From Caulobacteraceae bacterium (lineage in GTDB: Bacteria; Pseudomonadota; Alphaproteobacteria; Caulobacterales; Caulobacteraceae): 64,000 bases of DNA. A model generated the notes under the pieces. It ran no database searches. It saw only the letters and a list, made by a program, of their open reading frames with translations, and had not been told where the DNA came from. The translations under genes were made by a program, and so were the position numbers. Location of the stretch: NCBI GenBank assembly GCA_965279095.1, contig CBDIHH010000002.1:20438-84437 (forward strand). Direction: 5' to 3'. Below are positions 9,744 through 17,535 of this stretch, piece by piece (the stretch's first letter is position 1; each line of letters begins with the position of its first letter).

Positions 9744-9835
9744 GCGAAAGCCGTTCGGTTGCGGAGGGGCAGCCGCCAATGCGACCTTGGCCTATCAACT
9801 ATGACGACTGTCCGATCGGGGCAAGGAGCGCCAGG

Positions 9836-11245
9836 GTGAGTACGACCAACAGGAGCCTGCCGCCGGTCACGGAAATGCTGGCCGCCCGGGGCGTGGGCTG
9901 GCTCCCGCCGTGGAGCGCGTTCGCGGCCGGCCTGGAGGCCGCAGACCTGCCCGCGGCGGTGGTCGACCAGGCCAAGCTGGTGCTGCTGGACACCCTCGGG
10001 GTGATCGCCGCGGGCATGGGCGAGCCGGAGATGCGGCGCCTGAGCGAAGCGCTTGGCGGCGATACGGGCCCGGTCCCGGTGATCGGCGCCGGCGTCCGGC
10101 GCGCGGCCGGAACCGCCTGCCTGCTCAACGGCGCCGCCGGGACGATGCTGGAGCTGGACGAGGGCAATCAGTACAGCGGCGGCCACCCGGGGGTGCATGT
10201 CATTCCGGCCCTGCTGGCCGTGGCGGCGAGCCGGCCCGTGAGCGGGGCGGACTTTCTGACCGCCCTCGTGCTCGGCTACGACCTTGGCGCGCGAGTCGGC
10301 ATCGCCTCGACGCGGCGCATGTCCATGCACCCGCACGGCACCTGGGGGACGGTGGGCGCGGGCCTCGCGGTGGCCAGGCTCAGCGGCGGGTCGGCGGCGG
10401 ATATCGCCGCCACGGTGAACATCGCTGCCGACCTGACCATCGCCAGCAGCCGCCGTACGATCATGGAGGGGGCGACGGTGCGCAACATGTATTGCGGCGC
10501 CGCCAACCAGCTCGGGCTGCTGGCCTGGCAGATGCACAAGAGCGGTTTCACCGGCGAGGCGGACGGGGTGGCCAGCGTGTTCGGCGCGGTCTCGGGCGAG
10601 GCCTTCGATCCGACGCAGATGACGCTGGACCTGGGCGTGCGTTGGGAGATCACCCGCAACTATTTCAAGCGCCACGCCGCCTGCCGCTACCTGCACGGGG
10701 CGCTGGATGCTCTGGACCAGGCGCGGGCGGCGGCGCCGGAGCCCCTGCGCGCCGAGGACATCGCGGCGATCGAGGTCCACGGCTATGCGTTGAGCGCCCA
10801 GCTCGACAATCCGGCGCCGCAGACGACCCTGGCGGCCAAGTTCTCGCTGCCCTTCGCCCTGGCCTCCAGCCTGGTGCACGGGTCCGCGTCGGTTCCGGCG
10901 TTCCAGGCTCAGGCCCTGGCCGACCCCCGGGTCGCGGCCCTCATCGCGCGGGTGAGGATCCACGAGGACCCCGCCTACACGGCCGCCTTCCCGACGCAGC
11001 GGCCGGCGCGGGTGGCGGTGGTGCTGAAGGACGGGCGGCGCCTGGAGGCGCGGACGGTGTTCAACCGGGGCGACGCGGAAGACCCCTACAGCCCGGCCGA
11101 GGTCAGGGCCAAGTTCGACGCCCTGGCCGGGGCGGCCTGGGGCGGGGCGCAGGCGGGGCGGATCGCCAGCTTGGTGATGGGCCTGGACGGCGCGCCGGAT
11201 GCGGGGCCCCTGGTCGCGGCGTTGGCGCACCCGCCGGCGCCGTAG
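9836..11245 (+). CDS. MmgE/PrpD-family protein (2-methylcitrate dehydratase-like)
   Basis: Length and sequence are typical of the PrpD family (LDTLGVIAAG, HPGVHVIPALLA, HPHGTWGTVGA). The start (GTG 9836 versus ATG 9875) is uncertain. Confidence 0.75.
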   Translation: MSTTNRSLPPVTEMLAARGVGWLPPWSAFAAGLEAADLPAAVVDQAKLVLLDTLGVIAAGMGEPEMRRLSEALGGDTGPVPVIGAGVRRAAGTACLLNGAAGTMLELDEGNQYSGGHPGVHVIPALLAVAASRPVSGADFLTALVLGYDLGARVGIASTRRMSMHPHGTWGTVGAGLAVARLSGGSAADIAATVNIAADLTIASSRRTIMEGATVRNMYCGAANQLGLLAWQMHKSGFTGEADGVASVFGAVSGEAFDPTQMTLDLGVRWEITRNYFKRHAACRYLHGALDALDQARAAAPEPLRAEDIAAIEVHGYALSAQLDNPAPQTTLAAKFSLPFALASSLVHGSASVPAFQAQALADPRVAALIARVRIHEDPAYTAAFPTQRPARVAVVLKDGRRLEARTVFNRGDAEDPYSPAEVRAKFDALAGAAWGGAQAGRIASLVMGLDGAPDAGPLVAALAHPPAP

Positions 11246-11321
11246 GGGGACGTGGCGCGGAACGTCCCCGTTCGGGAGGGGTTCTCTCAGCACGCCCCGA
11301 CCACATGAAGGAATCCCCCGC

Positions 11322-11738
11322 GTGAAAGTCAGCGACGCCATGACGGCCCAGGTCGTCACCGCTTCCCCCACCGACAGCATCCAGGCCGTGGCCAAGATCA
11401 TGCTCGAGGTCGACACCGGGGCGGTCCCCGTGTTCGAGGACGGCAAGGTCATCGGCCTGGTCACCGACCGCGACATCGTCCTGCGCGTAGCGGCCGTCGG
11501 CGGCGACCTCGGCGGCCCGATCTCGGCGGTGATGTCCGAGGATGTGCAGAGCTGCGGCAAGGACGACAACCTGGCCGACGCCGCCGCCCAGATGGCCAGC
11601 CACCAGCTGCGCCGACTGATCGTCACCGACGACAAGGGCAAGCTCGCCGGGATCCTGTCCCTGGGCGACATCGCCACCGACTACGGCGCCAAGGTGGTGG
11701 GCCACACCCTCGAAGAGATCTCCGCCGACAGCCACTGA
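11322..11738 (+). CDS. CBS-pair domain protein
   Basis: Two CBS repeats (VKVSDAMT...VVTASP; RRLIVTDDKGKLAGILSLGDI). GTG start with a GAAGGA RBS. Confidence 0.85.
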   Translation: MKVSDAMTAQVVTASPTDSIQAVAKIMLEVDTGAVPVFEDGKVIGLVTDRDIVLRVAAVGGDLGGPISAVMSEDVQSCGKDDNLADAAAQMASHQLRRLIVTDDKGKLAGILSLGDIATDYGAKVVGHTLEEISADSH

Positions 11739-11742
11739 GTCG

Positions 11743-11869
11743 CCGTCATCCTGGAGAGCCGCGAAGCGGACTCATCCGGGACCCAGCAGCGCCACGCTCA
11801 ACGCGCCGCACGGTAAGGTTTTCGCTGCTGGGTCCTGGGGTCGCGCAAGAGCGCGCCCCAGGATGACGG
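11743..11869. repeat. Nested-palindrome MITE-like element, family D, copy 1 of a tandem pair
   Basis: Terminal inverted repeats CCGTCATCCTGG / CCAGGATGACGG. Internal inverted repeat GGGACCCAGCAGCG / CGCTGCTGGGTCC. Confidence 0.9.
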
Positions 11870-11900
11870 TCTTTTTTGATAGATCGCGCACCCCTGTCCG

Positions 11901-12026
11901 CCGTCATCCTGGAGAGCCGCGAAGCGGACTCATCCGGGACCAAGCAGCTCCACGCTCAACGCGCCGCACGGTAAGGTTTTCGCTGTTGGGTCCTGGGCTC
12001 GCGCAGAGGCGCCCCCCAGGATGACG
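11901..12026. repeat. Nested-palindrome MITE-like element, family D, copy 2 of a tandem pair
   Basis: About 90% identical to 11743-11869 and in the same orientation, 31 bp downstream. Confidence 0.9.
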
Positions 12027-12051
12027 ATCTATGGGATAGGTCGCGGTCGCG

Positions 12052-12336
12052 CTATTCGTTCATCAACCGCTTGCGGTTGGCCTGGACCTTCTTGCGGTAC
12101 ATGGCGACGGCCTTGGTGGCGCCCACATGGGGCTCGTTGAGGGCGTTGGCCATCAGGCTGGTCTGCAGCTCCATGGTCGCCTCGATCTTTTCGGTGATCA
12201 TGCGGCTGGCCTCGGCGTTGGCGCCGGGGCCTCCGGTCATCGCCTTCATCACCCGCAGGCCGATCACGGTCTGGGCCTCCATCCCGAGTTGGATGGCGTC
12301 GTAGGTCAGCTTCAGCCAGGGATTGCGCGCGAACAT
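12052..12336 (-). CDS. Small conserved hypothetical protein (94 aa)
   Basis: High GC3. I recall similar short alphaproteobacterial proteins (LGMEAQTVIGLR motif) that are sometimes labelled antifreeze protein. Function unknown. Confidence 0.55.
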   Translation of the reverse strand: MFARNPWLKLTYDAIQLGMEAQTVIGLRVMKAMTGGPGANAEASRMITEKIEATMELQTSLMANALNEPHVGATKAVAMYRKKVQANRKRLMNE

Positions 12337-12418
12337 CGAATTTCCTTAGGGCCGGCCACCATCGCACGGATGGCCGGATTCGCGGCGCCCATTCGCCGCG
12401 CTTCCGGCCTCTGAGGCG

Positions 12419-12889
12419 TCAGGGCTTCGGGGCCAGGTTCTTCGCCCCGTCCATCTGCCGGGCAAGGCCGCCGAGCACCCGCCACTGACCGCCGTCGCGC
12501 ACCCAGGTGTGGGTGGTCTCGAAATGGTCGTCGCTGGGGGTCCCGTCCATGCGGCGGGTGCGATGGGTCTTGTAATAGATCATCGCCGTCTCCCCGTGCT
12601 GGGTGAAGCCCGTCAGCTCCATGACCAGCTGCTCCTTGGAGTCGCGGCGCACGGTGGCGGCCCCGGCCTTCAGCTCGGTCGGGCCCATGGGCCGGGTCGC
12701 CGTGGGCGGCCAGGACAGGTATTGCGGCGAGGTGTGGTCCACATAGGCCGACATGTCGCCGCTGGCGCGGCCGGCGTAGATGGCCTGCTCCAGGGCCCAG
12801 ATCTCGTCCTTGGCCGAGGGTGCGGGGGTTTGCGCCAGCGCCGGCAGGGCGAAGGCGGCCAGGGCGACCGCGATCAGAGCGGCCTTCAT
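12419..12889 (-). CDS. Secreted SnoaL/DUF4440-like (NTF2-fold) protein
   Basis: Signal peptide MKAALIAVALAAFALPALA and an NTF2-like C-terminal pattern (THTWVRDGGQWRV). The 404-aa ORF in the track is a shadow-extended version. Confidence 0.6.
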   Translation of the reverse strand: MKAALIAVALAAFALPALAQTPAPSAKDEIWALEQAIYAGRASGDMSAYVDHTSPQYLSWPPTATRPMGPTELKAGAATVRRDSKEQLVMELTGFTQHGETAMIYYKTHRTRRMDGTPSDDHFETTHTWVRDGGQWRVLGGLARQMDGAKNLAPKP

Positions 12890-13392
12890 TGGGCGGCCAG
12901 GAAGTCTTTCTTGCCGACCTCCACTCCGTTGTGGCGCATCAGCGCGTAGGCGGTGGTGACGTGGAACCAGAAGTTGGGCAGGGCCTGCTCCATCAGATAG
13001 GGCTGGGCCTTGACCACGCTGCTCTCGCCGCGGCGCACCAGGGTGATGTCGCGGTCTTCCTGGCCGTCGATGCGGCTGACGTCGACGCTCTTGATGAAGG
13101 CCAGGGTGCGGTCGATGCGGTCCTGCAGCTCGGCGAAGCTGGTCTCCACATTGTCGAACACGGGGGGCTCCTGACCGGCCAGGCGCGCCACCGCGCCCTT
13201 GGCGAAGTCGGCGGCGATCTGCACCTGCAGCGGCAGGGCGAACTGGTCGGGGAACAGGCGCGCCTGCAGCAGGGCGTTGGGGTCGATCTTGCGCGCCTCG
13301 GCGTGGGCGGCGGCCTTGGCCAGCACGCCCTTCAGGCCGGTGAGGCCCTGGATGAAGACGGGGACGCAGGCTTGAGACAGGGTGATGGACAT
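12886..13392 (-). CDS. DUF1993-family protein
   Basis: Full-length resemblance to DUF1993 (PNFWFHVTTAYALMRHNGVEVGKKDF). Its stop overlaps the next gene's start. Confidence 0.7.
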   Translation of the reverse strand: MSITLSQACVPVFIQGLTGLKGVLAKAAAHAEARKIDPNALLQARLFPDQFALPLQVQIAADFAKGAVARLAGQEPPVFDNVETSFAELQDRIDRTLAFIKSVDVSRIDGQEDRDITLVRRGESSVVKAQPYLMEQALPNFWFHVTTAYALMRHNGVEVGKKDFLAAQ

Positions 13393-13454
13393 GAGGGCTC
13401 CCGGGCGCGGATTCGCGACGGAACCTTCTAGCGCGCGACGCCGGGGGCGTGCGA

Positions 13455-13496
13455 CGAAAATTGCAACGGCCGCCCCCGCATATCCGGGGGCGGCCG
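13455..13496 (-). terminator. Rho-independent terminator candidate after the lipoprotein gene
   Basis: 12-bp GC stem CGGCCGCCCCCG / CGGGGGCGGCCG with a 6-nt loop, followed on the minus strand by TTGCAATTTT. It lies 22 nt after the stop. Confidence 0.7.
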
Positions 13497-13517
13497 CGCA
13501 TCAGCCTCGAGGGCGGA

Positions 13518-13799
13518 TTAGTCCTTCTTGCCGGCCGCCTGTTCGATGGCGTCGGCCTTGGCGTCGGTCTGGTCGCGCATGGTGTCGGCCTGTTTCTCCA
13601 TGGCGTCGGCCTTGGCTTCGGAGCCGGGAGCATCCGTGGCGTCGACGGCGTCGGCCTTGTTTTCCATGGCGTCGGCCTTGACCTCGGTGGACTCCTTCAT
13701 GGCGTCGGTCTTGGCTTCGGCGGCCTTGTCGGCCTTGCTCTCGCAGGCGGCGAGCGACAGGGCGGCCACGGCGATGGCGCTGGCGATGGCGATACGCAT
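13518..13799 (-). CDS. Small low-complexity lipoprotein (KADAM repeats)
   Basis: Lipobox LSLAAC after MRIAIASAIAVAA. The mature part is Ala/Asp/Lys-rich with repeated KADAM/KADAV motifs. Confidence 0.65.
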   Translation of the reverse strand: MRIAIASAIAVAALSLAACESKADKAAEAKTDAMKESTEVKADAMENKADAVDATDAPGSEAKADAMEKQADTMRDQTDAKADAIEQAAGKKD

Positions 13800-13954
13800 T
13801 TCAATACCCTCAAAATGATTGTTCCCAAGGCATGAGCGCACGAATGCGTGATCGGTTGCGGGCGCCGCGCAGATATCCCCAGCTTCCCGATTTGCTGGGG
13901 ATGGACCGTGTTTGCCGCATGCCCCCGGAGCGGGCGTTAAGCTATCGGTAACCC

Positions 13955-15433
13955 ATGACCATCGTCCCCACCCTCGACCTGCGCTCCGCCGAACCGCAGC
14001 CCGCCCAGGCGCCTGCCAACATCGAAGCCGAACAGGCCCTGCTGGGAACTGTGCTGTTCGACAACGCCGCCTATGAGCGTTTGTCGGACCAGCTGCAGCC
14101 GCGTCACTTCTACGAGCCCTTCCACCAGCGCCTGTTCGCGGCCATGGAGGAGCATATCCGCAAGGGTCTGCTGGCCGAGCCGATTGTCCTGATGGAGCGG
14201 TTCCGCCGCGATCCGGCCTTCGAGGCCCTGGGCGGGCTGCGCTATTTCGCCGACCTGGTCGACCGCGCCCCCCCGGCCGCCAATGCCGCCGACTACGGCC
14301 GGGTGATCTACGACCTGGCCCTGCGCCGCGACCTGATCCGCATCGGCGGCGAGATCGCCGCCGCCGCCCAGGCCGACGCCGAACAGACCGCCCGCGACCA
14401 GATCGAGTCCGCCGAGCAGCAGCTCTATACCCTGGCCGAGACCGGCGGGACCTCGACGGGCTTCATCAGCTTCTCCGACGCCCTGACCGGGGCCATCGAG
14501 GCGGCGGCGGAGGCCTTCAATCGCGACGGCGGCCTGTCGGGGATCTCCACCGGCCTGATCGACCTGGATCGCATGCTGGGCGGGCTGCACGGCTCCGACC
14601 TGGTGATCCTTGCGGCCCGACCGTCCATGGGCAAGACCGCCCTGGCCACCAACATCGCCTACCATGTGGCCAAGAGCTACGCCTTCGAGATCCTGCCCGA
14701 CGGGTCCAAGAAGACCACCAACGGCGGGGTGGTCGCCTTCTTCTCCCTGGAAATGTCCGCCGACCAGCTGGCCGCCCGGGTGCTGGCCGAGGTGTCGGGC
14801 GTCCCCTCCGACCGCGTGCGCAAGGGCGAGATCGACGCCCAGGAGTTCGGCCTGGTGCGCGACGCCGCCCAGGAGATCGCCTCGGCGCCGCTGTTCATCG
14901 ACGACACCGGCGGCCTGTCCATCGCCAAGCTGGCGGCGCGGGCGCGGCGGCTCAAGCGCCAGCACGGGCTGGACATGATCGTGGTCGACTACCTGCAGCT
15001 GGTCACCGGCGGGGACGGCAAGTCCGACAACCGGGTCCAGGAGGTGAGCATGATCACCCAGGGGCTCAAGGCCCTGGCCAAGGAACTGTCGGTGCCGATC
15101 CTGGCCCTGTCGCAGCTGTCGCGCCAAGTGGAGAACCGCGAGGACAAGAAGCCCCAGCTCAGCGACCTGCGCGAATCCGGCTCCATCGAGCAGGACGCCG
15201 ACATGGTGCTGTTCGTCTATCGCGAGGCCTACTACCTGGGCCGCGCCGAGCCCCGCGAAGGCACCCCCGAACACCTCACCTGGCAGGAGGACATGGACAA
15301 GGTCCACCACCTGGCCGAGGTCATCATCGGCAAGCAGCGCCACGGCCCCATCGGCACGGTGAAGCTGCACTTCAACGCCGACCTGACCAAGTTCGGCAAC
15401 CTGGCCCGCGAGGGGCGCTTCGACCCGCGGTAG
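13955..15433 (+). CDS. dnaB: Replicative DNA helicase
   Basis: DnaB N-terminal domain, Walker A ARPSMGKT and the LSQLSR motif. Normal length with no intein. Confidence 0.95.
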   Translation: MTIVPTLDLRSAEPQPAQAPANIEAEQALLGTVLFDNAAYERLSDQLQPRHFYEPFHQRLFAAMEEHIRKGLLAEPIVLMERFRRDPAFEALGGLRYFADLVDRAPPAANAADYGRVIYDLALRRDLIRIGGEIAAAAQADAEQTARDQIESAEQQLYTLAETGGTSTGFISFSDALTGAIEAAAEAFNRDGGLSGISTGLIDLDRMLGGLHGSDLVILAARPSMGKTALATNIAYHVAKSYAFEILPDGSKKTTNGGVVAFFSLEMSADQLAARVLAEVSGVPSDRVRKGEIDAQEFGLVRDAAQEIASAPLFIDDTGGLSIAKLAARARRLKRQHGLDMIVVDYLQLVTGGDGKSDNRVQEVSMITQGLKALAKELSVPILALSQLSRQVENREDKKPQLSDLRESGSIEQDADMVLFVYREAYYLGRAEPREGTPEHLTWQEDMDKVHHLAEVIIGKQRHGPIGTVKLHFNADLTKFGNLAREGRFDPR

Positions 15434-15497
15434 GCTAGGAGCCCAGCCGATAAGGCGTTAACCTCTCGCATATCGGCGTTATGCGCAGGAGGTCGTC

Positions 15498-16943
15498 GTG
15501 GGTATCCGCTTCAATGGGGTGTGCCTGGCCGTCGCCCTGACCTTGGCGCCGATGGGGCTGGGGGGATCCGCCCTGAGAGCCCAGCCGGCGATGGAGGTCA
15601 ATGACGCCGAACTGATGAGGTTTATCGGCGACAACGTGGCGGCCGTCCGCAAGCCAGCCGCGACGCTGAGCGAAAAAGCCGCCAAACTCGACCGGTTGAC
15701 CTCCGTTTGTCAGGACGCGGCTGTCGCTCAACGCCTGTTGGAATTGCAGGTTGAACTGGTCGAAGCCGAACGTCTGGCTGAGCTTGCCCGCGGGAAGCTG
15801 GAAATCCTCGACTATTGGTTGACCTACAGCGTGGCCATCGACAAGGCATACGGCCCGTCTATCCGCCAAGCCCACGCCAGGGCCATGGGCGAGCTGGAGG
15901 CGATACGGCGTCAGGCCGAGCGGCTGCAGGTCCAGATTAAGGCCCAGATCGTCTATTACAACCGGTTGCCGTTGTGTGGCCGCTACGATCCGGACGGTAC
16001 GGTCCGGGCGCCGCCGGGGCCGCCGCCGGTCTGGCCCGGGCCCATCGACGGTCCAGCCAAACCGCTCCCGGCCCCGCCCCTGCCGCCCTGCCGCAACAAG
16101 TCGGCTGAGGACGACATCGCCGCGACGAAGGCCTCGATCAACGCCCTTCGCCAGACCCTGCAGGATGAACTAGCCGAACACGCCAGAGATGCCGCGAGGC
16201 TGAAGGAGGCGTCCAACGGCGTCCGCAGGTCGGACAAGGTTGTCGCCGCGATGACCGACCTGATCGCCAAGAACCGCCAGCGGATGGCCAATACCGGCGC
16301 GGCGCTGACGGCGGCGGAAGACCGGCTGAGCGCACTGGAGCGCCTGAAGCCCTGCGCGACCGCGGCTCTGGGCCAGGCCTGCGCGCCGCCGCGGCCGTTG
16401 AGCGACTTTGAAAAGGGGTTGCTGAAGGCGATGAACGACATCCGCCGCGACCCGCCGTCCTATGCCGGCTTCCTGCGCCAGACCCTGGGGGTCCCCCTGG
16501 GGGAGGCGACGGCCTTCCTGAGGAGCCAGCCCCCAGTTCCGGCCCTGGCGTTCCACCCGGCCCTGATGCGGTCCGCCGAGCGGCACGTGGGCGACATCGG
16601 CCCCACCGGCTCGATCAGCCATACGGGCTCCGACGGCTCGGGGCCGCTGGCGCGGGTCCAGCGCGAGGGCCTGTTCGTGATGACCGCGGCCGAGGAGATC
16701 TCCGTCGGCCAGACCACGGCGATCGGCGCCCTCAACATCCTGATCATCGACCCGTCCTCGCCGACCCGCGCCCATCGCACGGACCTGTTCGATCCCAAGC
16801 TGGTCCTGGCCGGCGTCGCCTGCGGGCCCCACGCCAGGTTCGGAACCGCCTGTGTCATCGATCTCAGCGGCCCGCCCCTGGTGCGCGACAATGCGCCCGC
16901 CGACCCCTGCTATCCGCCCCCCGCGCCCCCGCCGCCGCCCTAG
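15498..16943 (+). CDS. Secreted coiled-coil / proline-rich protein with a C-terminal CAP (SCP/PR-1, YkwD-like) domain
   Basis: GTG start 5 nt after AGGAGG. Signal peptide. Heptad-like Ala/Leu/Glu/Arg segments. CAP-like C-terminus (LLKAMNDIRR...HTGSDGSGPLARV...). Codon usage is atypical in the 5' half. Confidence 0.7.
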   Translation: MGIRFNGVCLAVALTLAPMGLGGSALRAQPAMEVNDAELMRFIGDNVAAVRKPAATLSEKAAKLDRLTSVCQDAAVAQRLLELQVELVEAERLAELARGKLEILDYWLTYSVAIDKAYGPSIRQAHARAMGELEAIRRQAERLQVQIKAQIVYYNRLPLCGRYDPDGTVRAPPGPPPVWPGPIDGPAKPLPAPPLPPCRNKSAEDDIAATKASINALRQTLQDELAEHARDAARLKEASNGVRRSDKVVAAMTDLIAKNRQRMANTGAALTAAEDRLSALERLKPCATAALGQACAPPRPLSDFEKGLLKAMNDIRRDPPSYAGFLRQTLGVPLGEATAFLRSQPPVPALAFHPALMRSAERHVGDIGPTGSISHTGSDGSGPLARVQREGLFVMTAAEEISVGQTTAIGALNILIIDPSSPTRAHRTDLFDPKLVLAGVACGPHARFGTACVIDLSGPPLVRDNAPADPCYPPPAPPPPP

Positions 16944-17530
16944 GGGCGGGGCCGATGCAGATAGGCGGCGACAGCTTCGGCCTCGGCCTCCGACACCAGG
17001 GCCGGGACCAGCCGCGGCATCTTCGGCGGCGGGTCGCGGATGAGGGCGGCGGTCTGGGCCACGGTGCGCCGGGCGGCCTCGTCGGTCAGCCTGGGTCCCG
17101 AGGCGCCCTCCCGCTCGGCCCCGTGGCAGGCGGCGCACTGGCGGCGATAGACCGCCTCGCCGCCGGAGGGGCGGCCGGCGGCGGCAGCCGCAAAGGGCGC
17201 CAGCATTGGGATGGCGGCGGCGCCGCGGGGCGGAGGCAAGGCCCTGAGCCAGGCGTGGATGGCCGCGACCTCCGCGTCCGGCAGCAACCGGGCGCTATAG
17301 CGGGGCATCACCCCCGTGGGCCGGCGCACATAGGCGGTGAAAGCCTCGACGGGCTGGCGCGGCGGCGCCAGCCGCGCGCCGACCCCCGTGGCCCCCTGGC
17401 CGATCCGCCCGTGGCACTGGTAGCAGCCCTTGGCGACATAGAGGGCGCGGCCCTGGGCGACCTGCGCCGCGGCGGGGGCGCCCAGCGCCAGGGCGGCGGC
17501 GGCGACGAGGCAGGCGAGGGGCTGGCTCAT
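16940..17530 (-). CDS. Dihaem cytochrome c, periplasmic
   Basis: Signal peptide (LVAAAALALGAPAAAQ) and two CxxCH motifs (CYQCH, CAACH). Start at ATG 17528-17530, 5 nt after the upstream gene's stop. Confidence 0.8.
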   Translation of the reverse strand: MSQPLACLVAAAALALGAPAAAQVAQGRALYVAKGCYQCHGRIGQGATGVGARLAPPRQPVEAFTAYVRRPTGVMPRYSARLLPDAEVAAIHAWLRALPPPRGAAAIPMLAPFAAAAAGRPSGGEAVYRRQCAACHGAEREGASGPRLTDEAARRTVAQTAALIRDPPPKMPRLVPALVSEAEAEAVAAYLHRPRP

Positions 17531-17535
17531 GGCGC

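Noticed and set aside
12419-13633. 404-aa ORF
   Set aside because: Only the C-terminal 156 aa, starting at the signal peptide MKAALIAVAL, look like a protein. The upstream part overlaps the DUF1993 gene in another frame and is Arg/Pro-rich.
13955-15433. Checked dnaB (and likewise recA) for an intein or other insertion
   Set aside because: Lengths (492 and 355 aa) and motif spacing are normal.
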